Counted from the first letter of the stretch, positions 51,640-63,460 are shown. The stretch: DNA of 64,000 bases from Vicugna vicugna (GCA_013265495.1 MU058384.1:5576792-5640791), one strand, 5' to 3'. Numbers and translations are program-made. The notes: generated from the letters alone by a model not told the origin.

Positions 51640-53010
51640 TGTAGAGGTTTATAAAGAAAAGGGCTAATTCTCTCCCCAGTTTATCTCCTAAAGTAACCAA
51701 TTTCAATTTTTTGGTGTGTAACTATCTATCCCTTTCTGTATGTGCATACAAAAATAAGAGTTTTTTTTTCTTTAGAAAACATTAGAATTATACTTTCCTT
51801 TTGCTTTCTTTTTTTTTTACTGAAGTATAGTTGACTTAGAATATTGTGTTAGTTTCTGGTGTACAGCATAGTGATCACATATATATATACGTATATATAT
51901 ATATGTATATATATTCTTTTTCATATCCTTTTCCATTATGGTTTATTTTAGGATATTGAATATAGTTCCCTGGGCTATACAGTAAGACCTTGTTGTTTAT
52001 CTATTTTATATATAGTAGTTTGTATCTGCTAATCCCAAACTTCTAATTTATCCTTCCCCTGCTCGCTTTTCCCTTTGGTAACCATAAGTTTGTTTTCTAG
52101 GTCTGTGAATCTGTATCTGTTTTGTAAATAAGTTCATTTGTAACAATTTTTGGATTCCACATGTAAGTGATATCATATGACATTTGTGTTTCTCTGTCTA
52201 ATTTACATTACTGAGTGTGATAATCTCCAGGTCCATGCATGTTGCTGCAAATGGCATTATTTCATTCTTTTTTATGACTGAGTAGTATTCCATTATATAC
52301 TATACCACATCTCCTTTACCCATTAGGATTATACATTTTTTAATTTGACAATATACTAAGCATGTTTTTTATTAACTGTGTAGTATTCTTTAATATGTTT
52401 GTATAAAGCATTTAATTATGTCCCTATATCCTCCAATTTTTGTTACTATAAGCACTCTCATAATAAATATCCCTATACATAGAGTCTTGCATACTGGGTG
52501 TGTATATTTTCAAAAAGTTTATTCTCAGAAGAAAGATTGCTAAGGCAGTGGATAGGTACATTGTAAGTTTGTACAAATACTGCTAAATTATTTTCAAAAA
52601 TATTCATACTCTCCTTAACTATCTGAAAGTACCTATTTCCCCAGAGTCATGCCTAGTTTGAGTACACAACTTCTTTTTAATATTTTCCAGTCTGATAAGT
52701 GAAAAATAGTATTTTTTTATTTCAAGTTGCATTTTCCTAGTTACCAGGAATTTTAGCATCTTTACATACATTTATTTGCATATGTTTTGGGTTTGTTTTT
52801 TTTTTTTTGCACTATACCTTTACTAATTTGCTTTCTGTATCCTAAGCATCTTTTCTATTAAGTTTATTGTCTTTCTTATAAATGTATAGTTGCTTTTTGT
52901 ACAGAAGTTATATCAACTCTTTGTCACACACATTGACATGAATTTTGGAAAATTTCCCCATCTATTACTTAATAAACAATGTCATAATATTCATCTTTTA
53001 GAATTGTTAT
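51640..53010 (-). mobile_element. Old, degenerate L1 (L1ME/L1MC-like) hosting the younger L1
   Basis: AT-rich antisense L1-like motifs (ttttccagtctgataagtgaaaaatagtat, ttgcattttcctagttacc) on both sides of the nested copy. Confidence 0.65.
51794..52320 (-). mobile_element. L1 3' end (~530 bp) nested in an older L1
   Basis: Typical L1 3' UTR (tgaagtatagttgac...ccatgcatgttgctgcaaatggcattatttcattc); TSD cattagaattatac (51780-51793) / cattaggattatac (52321-52334). Confidence 0.9.
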
Positions 53011-53061
53011 GGAAATTGAGAGTGCATCAGTACCAGAAGTAATTTCACATCACAAAAGAAT

Positions 53062-53441
53062 TGCTATGGACTGAGCTGTGTGTCCCCAAAATTCATATGT
53101 CAAAGTCTAACCTCCAATGTGATGGTATTTCGAAGTGGGGCCTTTGGGAGATAATCAGGTTTAGATAAGGCCATGAAGGTGGGGCCCTCACCATAAGATA
53201 AGCACCCTTAGAAGAAAAGATACCAAAGAGCTTGCTCTTTCTCTCTCTCCTCTTACCAAATGAGGACACAGCAAGAAGGCAGCCAGCTACAAACCAAGAG
53301 AAGAGATCTCACCAGAAACTGACCATCCTGGCAACTTGATCTCGGACTTGTAGCCTTCAGGACTGTGAGGAAATAAATTTCTCTTGTTTAAGCTACCCAG
53401 TCTATGGTATTTTGCTAGAGCAGTTTAAGCTGATCAAGACC
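53062..53441 (+). mobile_element. MaLR solo LTR (MLT1A-like)
   Basis: tgctatggactga...ccccaaaattcatatgt...ggggcctttgggag...aataaatttctcttgtttaagctacccagtctatggtattttg. Confidence 0.88.
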
Positions 53442-53654
53442 AAAACATTATACAAAACTCAAAGGATAATGTTTCCTAAAAGACAGCATTATCCTTCAGC
53501 ATCACCAATTATTGATGTATATTTAAACATTTTCCATCCAAATTGTTAACCATTACTAATTGAACATTTCTTTTAGCATTAAGGGTTTCCTTGTGCCCTA
53601 ACTTTATTAAGAATGGACCATGTTCCCAGAGATGAGGCGATGGGTCCGGAGAAT

Positions 53655-54195
53655 ATATATCTACAGCTGCATAACGAACTACCTCAAACTTAGTTACATT
53701 AAACCACACTATTTTGTTATGCTCACAGAGTCTATCTCTGCTCCACAAAGTCTGGGAACTCAGCTGAAAAATCTCAAACAGCTGGGGTGACTCAGACACT
53801 TTAGGGCTGGAATTATCTGAAGCATTTCCACTCCCATGTCTGGCTCCTGGACTGGGATGACCCAAAGGCTGGGCTCAGTTGGAACTGCCCACCAGAGTGC
53901 CTACTCCTGTCCTCTTTATGTAGCCTGGGCTTCCTCACATCATCATGGTCTTCGAGCCATAGTCAAACTTCTTACATGGTGGCTCAGGGCTCCAAGTGAG
54001 GCAGTTTCAGTGAACAAAGCAAAGCAACTTGGCTTTATGACCTAACCTCAGAAGTCATGTAACATCACTTCCACTGTAACATATTGGCTAAAGCAGTCAC
54101 AAGCCCATTCAGATTCAAAGTGAGAAGTCATAAATACCACTCATCAGTGAGAGCAGAGTGGAGGAATTAGCAACCATGTTTTAAAATTGTCATCT
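53655..54195 (-). mobile_element. MaLR LTR (MLT1G/H/J-like)
   Basis: gctgcataac...caaacttagt; ggcttcctcac; tttatgacctaacctcagaagtca; gcagtcacaagccc. Confidence 0.8.
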
Positions 54196-54539
54196 ATAAA
54201 CATATTAATAGATACAGATATATGTACACATGTGTGAGTATTAGATCTCCTTTAATTTTCACAACCAATCAATTAGATAGGTAGTATGAAGTCTAGTTTT
54301 AGCTTGCCAGGGGTCATATAACTAGTAAGTTTCAGAGGCAGGCTTCAAATCCATCTACACAAAGCCATGCTAATTCTACAAAAGCCATTTTAACTGGAGG
54401 GGAGATCCCATTCATTTCAGTGCTTGTTATCTCCACTCCAATAATTTTGAGTTGACAGTATATTCGTGGTGGCTGATTTCCCTTGAAAACAAAATAAATC
54501 AGATGAGATGAAATTGTGTTCAATTTAAATAAACATAGA

Positions 54540-54665
54540 GGGGAGGGTATAGTGCAGTGGTAGAATGTGTGCCTAGCATGCACAAGGTCCTGGGTTCAAT
54601 CCCCAGTACCTCCATTAAAATGAATAAAACTTAATCACCCTCAAAAAGAATAAAAGATAAATTCA
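54540..54665 (+). mobile_element. Camelid tRNA-Ala-derived SINE (Vic-1 type)
   Basis: ggggagggtatagtgcagtggtagaatgtgtgcctagcatgcacaaggtcctgggttcaatccccagtacctcca plus tail. Confidence 0.9.
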
Positions 54666-56999
54666 AAAAAATTTTAAGCATAATCTACAAAGCATAAACC
54701 CCAGGCAAACTTGGAAAGAGTTTCAAATTGAAGCCGGTCACATTCAGGGGTCAATTCACCCTAAAGCACGGCATTTTCTAGAATACTGGGATGTGAAGCT
54801 TCGGTTCTTTGTCTCAGCCGGAGCCATTCCTGCCACTGGACCTATCTACTCAGCTCACGCTCTTGCCTCTGCAAGCCTCAGCTATTTGAATTATCTGAGA
54901 AACTGACTCAGCTTTTCATTTCCCAGCGCAGGTAGAGATAAAGCCAAAGATCATGGTTATAAAATGGAGAAAACAGGACTGTGGTACAGGCTGCTAATTT
55001 CCCTCTAGCGTCTTCTCAGTCAATACCAATCTCAATAGCCTACTGTATCACATACACAGCAGGGTGAGACGGCTGACAGGAGCAGCCCTCCGTGCCGCAG
55101 TTCATTTGTGCTCTATGTAGATAAGCGGCTGGTGAACATCTTTTGGACGAGTCAAGTTGAGACTGTGACTTCTGACCTCAGTGAAGGAGTTATGTTGAAC
55201 CTGATCTCAAAGGTTGAAATGTTGAAAAAAAAAAAAAAGAGGAATCACTGAAAACACCCCTGCCCCAAAATTACATCTTATTAAAAGGCTATAAAATCTA
55301 TTACCATCTAGAGTTTCTACTTCATTTCTCAAAGTCATTCAGAGGGCAATCTAATTCATAGAGGATAATGACCTTTGCAGAACGCTCTGCTGATCTGCTC
55401 TATTTATTCCCCCTGAGTGTGTACGTGTGTGGGGGTGGAAGTGTGTATGCCTATGTTTTCCAGGTCTCCATCAGTGTGATTTACACAATGACCAAGTCTT
55501 GCTACACGTGGAAAATATCCTGACTGAGGAGACAAGAGATCATTGTAATTAGGACTGTCAAGTCTAAAGGAGTTCAAAGGAATATATTGTCTTTAAATAA
55601 TCTTTGTATGGTTTAAAGGAGGAAACAGAGATCAATGCATACATTTGAAATCTGGGAGAGCTGTGAAATTCACTGTTTATGTGGAATGGATTATCATGAA
55701 TACTCAAATGATCAATTAGTAATAAATTGATTTGTCCCATTGGACTACATATTGTCACTTTTTTCACAAGGGAAGAGCTGATTTTTTTATGCCTTTGTGT
55801 CAAAAGAGGCTATGTCATAAATATGCTTGAATATCATTTTATTATATCAAAACAATGAGAGAAAAAGCAGAGAAAGAGAGGTCTGTGGGGGGGCAGTGCC
55901 TGTGCGGGTGAGCAGGCTCAGGTGAAAAACAAGTGACAGAGAAATATGGGGAGGTGGCTTGAATTTTCCATCAGCTTTCTCTCGAACTAAGGAGCTCAAT
56001 TTTGTAATTCCATCTGAAAATGCTTCAAATAGCAGAGATAAATAAAAGTCCACTTTATTTGGTGAGCTGGCTAAAACTATATCCCTGGGGAAAAAATCTT
56101 AAATGTGAATTAAATACGAGATTTGCCAAGACAAATACAGGTCTTTTTAGTGGTTTGTTTTTTTTCTTAGAAGTGTAATGACTAGCACATACCTGACATT
56201 CAATAAATAGTGTCAAATCAATTAACACTGAAAATATTTTTTGACCTTTTTGCCAATTAGAAGAACATAGCTGCTAAGTACTGTCTGTATAAGGAAGCTG
56301 TATATCTGTAAACTGCATGACTTTTTGTTTTTTTTAACACAGTGAAAACGAAAACCAACTGCAAAAAGGCAGCACTTAGTCTCTTATCTATAAAAGGGAG
56401 AGCAATCCTTAGCTACTGGCATCTCTTCTGCAAAATTCCGTGAATCCATTCTGGTATTGATTTTTTTATACGTCCATAATTCTTCCTCTCAAAGAAAAAT
56501 ACAATGAATTGATAGTCTAGGTCTGGGTTTGCTTTTGTAACTTTTCCTTTGATATATGTATGAATTAAATGAAAAGAAATCTAATGTGGTGAAACCAAAG
56601 AAATCTAATTTAAAAAACAAGTTCTTTCATAGGTACAAAAACAAACCCATAAAATTCCCAACAGGCTTTCATAATTCTTAATTGCATACATCACTTCCGC
56701 TGCGGCTGGTGTTTTAAGCATATGATCAAGTCATCTGGGCCAAAGAGGAATGTAAAACATTTCTCATGATGTAGTCTGTGTCCTTGTCTCCTTAGGGACA
56801 TTTGTCACTAGATAGATATTTTGTTGTTTTTCACCTTTTGTGTTTTCCAGGTTGCTATAGAAAAAAAATCACATTCCATTTAACAACTAATGGTGTGACA
56901 CAAAAAAACACTTTAATCTATGGGAAGAGCAACTTTCTGAAAAGTACTACAGCAACATGTGTCTCTTGCTTTAGTGAAACCAAAAATGTAGGATTATTT

Positions 57000-57150
57000 A
57001 TCGTTTTGCAAAGCCCTTTTACAAGAAGTTTGATACTGACAATTGCCTTATGAGGTAAATGGGGAGCATTTTGTTATTATTTTACAGATGAGGAAACCAA
57101 GGCTCAGTGAGTTGAAGGGATTTGTTCAGGGTCACACAATTAGAGAAGGG
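57000..57150 (-). mobile_element. MIR
   Basis: ttttacagatgaggaaaccaaggctcag...agggtcacaca. Confidence 0.8.
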
Positions 57151-59964
57151 AGGTACCAGATCTTCCAAATCAGCATAGCTTCTCTCCATGTCATATGCAT
57201 ATTGGTAATCAGTCCTACCTAGTTACTTGTTTATTCTTTGTATTATGGTTTAAACATAATTCTTGGGAGGAAAAGTAAATATGCTACAAAAAAAAAGCAA
57301 ATAGAGGTTCAAGGGATTCTTTTTAATATGATAGTTTTTTATAAAAAAAAAAAAAAAAGATGTGTCATCCCAGGGTAGCAATGTCACTGAAGCTTAAAGA
57401 AGAAATGAGACTTAAAGGGCATCGGCTCTAACTAGAGCTCAGCACCTTAGTTATGATGGGAGTTTACTTAATGGTTTAAGAATCTCAAAGATATTTAACA
57501 ATTCTTACACATGGCTTGGTGCCAGGGTCACGGCTGTTAGCTTTACAAAATTTTTTATTTAATTCATTTAAAAGCCATTCCCTGAAAGCCTCGCAAGGCC
57601 CAGGCTCCACTGTGTGTTGGGGCTACAGAAATGAATAAGCATGTTTAATAAGAGGAAAAAAAAAAAGGTAAGTAAGTAAATTAATGACATTAAAACAAGT
57701 TACCTGTGTAAACAGGATATTATAAGAGTCCAGGAGTTGGTTTCCTTTCTCCCATCAGCAGTGGTCTGTGCTCCTTTGTAAGTATTAACGAGCCTAGTAA
57801 AGGAGACATTTAGTAAAGATTAGTTACTCTGAGCCTACCTGCAGGCAGCCTTATTTATGAAAATAGAGGAAATAGGGAGATGAGAGACGCTTTCCTTTCC
57901 CTGGGAAGCCAACACAGTGCTTTTAACTGATTGCTGTTTTATTACAGTGATCAAAATACAGTCCCAATGATAGGCTACCTGGTCAGACCAGAACCCCTGC
58001 CCTGTACTTCTTCTCCGCCTTCTGGCCAGCCTCTATTCATTCTTAAAGACTCTACGATCTAAGCCACTCTGCCACGCCTCCAAACTAAGATGAGGTTCAT
58101 ACTTGTACATATGTAATGATCTATAATATATCATTCTTCCAACAGTGTGTGTTTCTCCACTAGGCTGTGACTTCCTTAGGGACAAAAATTACTGATATTT
58201 GTATTCACAGGGCCTTCCATAGGATCTAGCAGAGACTCAGTGACAGTGACAGCATGTCCAAGGGGTGGCATATAGTGGGGAGGAGGGCTCAGATTTAACT
58301 TTATCTTCACCTCCTCCTCAATGGTTTCTATTAACCATCCCTCCTTCATCCCAAATAGACATACAGTGCACTTCAAACCAGTATGCACGCTGGACCAGTG
58401 GAACCAAGGCAAGGCCCCTACCTTCCATTTCCAACAGGATAGAGGCCCTCCTATTTTTGACTGAAACTTAAGCTGCTAAAATACTTTTAGGGGAGAGGCA
58501 AGGTGAGAAACAGGAAAGAACCTGAATGGTCATGATTTTTTTCTAAATCAAGTTTAAACTGTAATTTACCTATAGCAAAATTTGCCTTATTGTATACAAA
58601 GTCTGATGAGTTTTGACAAATGCATGGTCTTATAACAGAGGGGACACTTCCCCATCCTTAAAAATTCTGTTCGAACTACCAGAATTTTACATGAACTCTT
58701 TAGAAGAACCACAAAAGGCTATCAAGATTGGAGATTAAGTAATGTAGCCTTGCATCTTGAACAACTTAACATATCTCTTCAAAATGAATTGCTTATTTTC
58801 CCTCGATCATAATGCCATCATTTGGTTGTGCTGCATTTTTCTTATGAGAATCTCAAAGCACTTAGCTATCAAGATTTCATTCTTATTCCCCCCAAACCTG
58901 GTCCAGCTATAAAGATTTATACTCCAGTTCAATGAAATCGGTGTATCTCTTCCCCAGTTAACCTGTATGTTTCTCTTCTTGCCATAGACTGCCCTGTAAA
59001 TATGTTAACAGTGGTTAGGAGTATTGTTTTTGATGAGCTAGCCATTGGTTTTATCGTGGACATTGTGCCTTTCCCTTATTCCTCATTATATTCCTTTGTG
59101 GTGATGTTGAAAAGGCTCTGCATCCTGGGGACACTTGTTACATTTGGACTTGATTTAATGCATACGTGGAATGACGCAGGAAACAGGTGAATGACTAAAT
59201 AAAGGCATGAGTGAAAGAATGAGTGAGTGCATCCATTTCATGGACGGGCACCGTGAGGCCAGGAGACTGGCGGGAAGCCGCACACGGATGTTGCCGCAGT
59301 GCCCAATGGGATGCCAAGATTATTTTCTTTACTCTGTTTAGCTATCAACTCTAATTTTTAAAAATCCCCATGTAGTATCAACATAGAAAAGTAAAAATGG
59401 GAAAATAGGCCAAAAACAAATTACATGGCTTTTTGAAGTGAATTTAACGTGCAAAGAATAACATTGAGTAAAACTGGGGGGGAGGGGGAGTAGATTTTCA
59501 CTTTTTAGGTAAGAAACGCTCTCCTCTCTTATTCGCTGTGAGTCCTTCCTCTCCATCAGATGGATTCACTAATACTTTTTGGTAATGCTCCTTGTATTTT
59601 TTTGCATAAAATACTTCGTATATGTGCCCATTGTGTTCTTTTTTAAACAGACTTCTTTAACGGAAAACACACACACACACACAATTACCTTCAGTTGCCC
59701 ACTGTATTCTGACAAGTAGGAAGAGGAGGCTAGAAGAGGTCCTACGTAGAGAGGGAGCACCCATTGTTATACCTGCACTTGCGCTTTATTTCGTTTTTTC
59801 CACATTTGAACAGATCAGGAATAAATTTGGTTAAATTTCCATTGAGAGGCGTTTCCCCCCCTCATTCTGTATCAACAGAATTTCAATGAGCATAAAATAA
59901 AAACGTTCTACATTTTATATGAAAGTCTGATTTCAGTGGTCCTAACAACAAAAATAAAAGAAAA

Positions 59965-60600
59965 AAGCTCGTGAAGTGACCCTCTCAAGGGGCGTCAACT
60001 GTTTTTCGGTGCGTCCTGAGCTGCTGCCTTCTCTCCATCCGCTGCTCAGATTATTCATGAATTGCTGCGTCTTCAGCCCAGCTTTCTCTCTCCCTCCGCT
60101 TTTCTGGCGCGGCTCTCCCTCCCTCCCTCCCTCTGGCTTCTGCTCTTTCTTACTCCTCTCAGCTGTTAACTACAGCTCCCATTGGAACTTGCACAGTCAA
60201 AACCAGCTCTCCGCTGGAGCAGCCTCCAGAAGCGCATCACCTGGAGCGGAGAGACTCTGCCGGCGCACCCGCCGCAGAGCCGCCAGGTAGCTGGGGGCGC
60301 ACAGAGGGTGCCCTTCTCCCGCTCGGCAGCAGCAGGAGCCTCTCCCCGGAATCCGCTGCATCCCGGGGTCCTGCAGCGGTGATGCCTGCGTTTCGGAGCA
60401 ACGATGGAAAAAGAAAAGCCGCTGCTCGCGGCAACTGAGAGTGGGAATCGGTTGCTGCAGTAGCCGGTGCCGCAGAATGTGTGAGTGAAGACCTGAGCCC
60501 CGCTAGATTCTCCATCCCGCTCTTCGTTAACTATCTCCAGGAGGCAAACCGGGAACCAGATGCACTGACCAGGCGGGTGCCACCCTGGATCTATAACTGT
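59965..60600. promoter_or_regulatory. CpG island / promoter of the SGK1 long isoform
   Basis: Abrupt rise in GC content and CpG density (gcggcgc, ccggcgcacccgccgc, ctcgcggc) against a CpG-depleted AT-rich background; no obvious TATA box. Confidence 0.85.
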
Positions 60601-60619
60601 GAACTCCCCACTGTGGAAG
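60048..60619 (+). other. SGK1: 5' UTR portion of SGK1.1 exon 1 (TSS approximate)
   Basis: GC-rich, repeat-free sequence contiguous with the coding exon. From ~60048 (agattattcatgaa...ctccctccctccctctggcttctgctctttcttactcc) it resembles the 5' end of the human long-isoform mRNA as I remember it. The TSS cannot be determined from sequence alone. Confidence 0.6.
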
Positions 60620-60688
60620 ATGGTAAACAAAGACATGAATGGATTCCCAGTCAAGAAGTGCTCAGCCTTCCAGTTTTTTAAGAAGCGG
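60620..60688 (+). CDS. SGK1: First coding exon (23 codons) of serum/glucocorticoid-regulated kinase 1, long N-terminal isoform (SGK1.1); the rest of the gene lies beyond the window
   Basis: Translation MVNKDMNGFPVKKCSAFQFFKKR matches the SGK1.1 N-terminus as I recall it. Strong Kozak context (aagATGg) at 60620. Canonical phase-0 donor CGG|GTAAGG at 60688/60689. Lies at the 3' edge of a CpG island. Confidence 0.95.
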
Positions 60689-63065
60689 GTAAGGACAGGT
60701 TTTTGTTTGTTTCTTTTGTTTTCTGCTCTTCTTTCAAATGCATTTGATTGCTTGCCCGAAGTAAACCTAAGATTTTGTTGCAGAACCCTGAATGGAAACC
60801 GTGCTTCTGGTAGCAGTGGTCCAGCTGGGAAATCTACCTGCCTTGATGCAAATTTGTGGGTGGGGGCGTCTAGGAAGAGCCGCTTTGGGAGGAGGGGGTT
60901 GGGCTGGGATGTCTTGAGGGTTTGAGCTGGGAACGGGAGTTCCTCAATCAAAGCCACAAGATTACAAGCAGTTTCCAAGAGAATTAGCCTGGGTACAGTT
61001 ACCGCTGGTAATTCAGTTAGGGACTAATTCAGTAGCGCGCTCTCTCTCTTATCTTTGAAGGGTTCAACTTTTCCCACATCTTTCATTCACTCAGCCTCAA
61101 GTGCTGCATTATCATCTTCCTTCGTCAAAATCAGCAGCTTCTGGCTTCCCAAAGCCATCTAGCCAATAACTTGCTGGGTAAAAATAGCAAAGGACTAGAA
61201 TGACCTTTTCCAGAAATGGTGGAATCCAGCATTTTTAAATCCTTCTCTTTCAAGTTGCCTCAATGTTCCTCAGTATGACCGCCTTTATTTTAGTGGGCGG
61301 TCTGAATTCAAGTGATAATGTGAGGTTATGCTGCTGTATACGTTTATTTCTTAAATGCCTGTTCTATTCACAGCATGAATGTCACATTGCTTGTAAATGA
61401 GAAGAAAAGGTTGAGGTCCTTCTTTGTGTGTGTCTCAAAATAAACTCAGTTCATTGTAATGGTCACACCGGTGGTCTGCGTAAATCTGCAAATTTGTACA
61501 CAACTGGGAGAGACAAAATAATGATTAAGTGACTGATGACTGACACCCTCTGGAGAGTTTCTTAAGTCACAGAAGCTTCCTCCAGCCCCCAGCCCCCAGC
61601 TTTAATACTTTAGGGCAAGTCCATCAAAAGGTCTCTATTCATTTTTCTGTCCCTTCATTCAGGTCCATTCTGAAGCCCAGCCCTTCATTTTATCCACCAG
61701 CCGAACACAATGAATGACACTCTGGGCTGGACTCCCTCCTGCACCAAATGGGCAAGCTGGGAATGGGAAGGCTGGGCTAGACCCAGCATGCCAGGTCCAG
61801 CCAGAGGGCTAACACGGGTTTCCACTTGCCTGTGATTGAGTTCTCATCTGTAATGCAAAATCCTCCCTGAAATCCAGGGGCCAAAACATAAGCATTAAAA
61901 CCAAAGCCAGACCTACCGAGTCCTGGCCACTCCTCCTGGAGCCCAACTAGAGGGGACTCCAGCTAAATCAAAGTAAGTCACTGCAGCCTCTCAGAGTCCA
62001 TCATGTTTCTTGGTTTCCCCTGTAGCCAAAATATTTCTTTCCAAGGAAAGGGCCTTTTGTGAATACTAATTTCCAACAGTAAACAAATGTTTTGCTAATA
62101 AAAAAAAAAGTGCCATAGCCCATAATTCAGTATTTAAACTGTTTACTCTCTTTTAATTAATTAATTTATTTGGTGGTACCGAAGGAAATAGGGGCAAGGG
62201 TGAGACTTAAAAACTCCTTAGTCAGGTATCTTTAACAACCAAGTAGCTGTCAAGTCAATTTTTTTAAGGTTTTCTCTTATTTTCTTTGCTATGGAAATAT
62301 ACTAATAACTGTATTAATTTACCATCTGGTTTCTTTTTGCTTAAAAGCATAATTTACCAATAGCTTTCTCTTGGTGCCTCTGTTGGAGCCTCCTTAGACC
62401 TGGATTTTGCAAAGAACTAGCCAGGGTACTGATGTCTAATCTGAGTACTTGCAGAGAGAAAGAACTTTACACCAAGATATCTGGCTGGCAGTTTCATCTG
62501 TCTTCGAACCTGGGTCTGTCACTTACTGGAGATAAGATCAGAAATCCCCCATCCTCCTGTCTTGACTGCTCAAGGATGGAAACTAAGCAGAATATTACTT
62601 TGTGTCAAGTCTGGATGGCCCCACAGGATAAAGTCCTTGATTCTTGTCTATGAGTTCTCTTTTCTGAAAGTTCATTCCAGTTTGTACCATGACTTTGCTT
62701 TGGCTTTTGCTTGTTTGTTTGTTTGGAGTTTTTAATTACACAGCTAATAGGTAAATGTGTAAAACATCAAGACAATACCCAGGTAACCCCCACATCCTCA
62801 CTAATCTCCCTTCCTTCCCCAGAGGTTGTTAACCCTGTTGGTATCTATACTTTCCAGACCTTTTCTATATATTTGCATACACACTCATATACTAGAATGT
62901 CTTTGTTTTCAGCTAAGAATAATCCATTTTCTCTCTATTCTATTGTTGAAGTTCCACACATTTCTGCATATTTTTATTTTTAACCTAGCTAGAGAGTCTC
63001 ACAAAGTGAACCTTTGTCGGGTGCCCACATTAAATTAATGAATAGATCTTGGGGGAAAAAAAAGA

Positions 63066-63088
63066 ACACACACACACACACACACACA
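63066..63088. repeat. (AC)n microsatellite
   Basis: Directly visible. Confidence 0.95.
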
Positions 63089-63239
63089 GGTTTTTTAGGG
63101 CTTACTAAAAATATGGAGGTTCGGACCCAGATTTTGATTACACAAAGCTTAACTAGTGTTCCCTGTGCCTCTGAGAAAATGCAAAATGTTGCTGACAGAG
63201 GATGTGGACGATCTGCCCTATGATGCATTTAGCAGAATA

Positions 63240-63460
63240 AGTGTAGCCACCATTGATTGAGTGCTGTGTTCTAGAAGTTATGGGTCAAGTGCTTTACATG
63301 TATTAGCTTATTTAATTCTCACAGTCACCCTATGAAGTAAGAAAAGTTATTAAATGTACAAAGTGTGGCTTAGAGAGATTAAACAACCAGCCCAACATCC
63401 CCTAGCTAAAAAGTAACAGAGCCAACATTTAAACTTTCTTTGACCCAAAGCCTATATTCT
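63240..63460 (-). mobile_element. MIR in SGK1 intron 1
   Basis: gtgctttacatgtattagcttatttaattctcaca...ggcttagagagattaaa. Confidence 0.75.

Noticed and set aside
59625..59639. Glucocorticoid response element candidate TGCCCAttgTGTTCT ~1 kb upstream of the ATG
   Set aside because: One perfect half-site but a mismatch in the critical ACA of the other. I found no perfect GnACAnnnTGTnC by eye, though the scan was not exhaustive; a PWM scan would be needed.
60166..60978. 270-aa antisense ORF over exon 1, the longest in the window
   Set aside because: Starts at TTG, has no recognisable domain and overlaps a GC-rich island where stops are scarce; no coding support.
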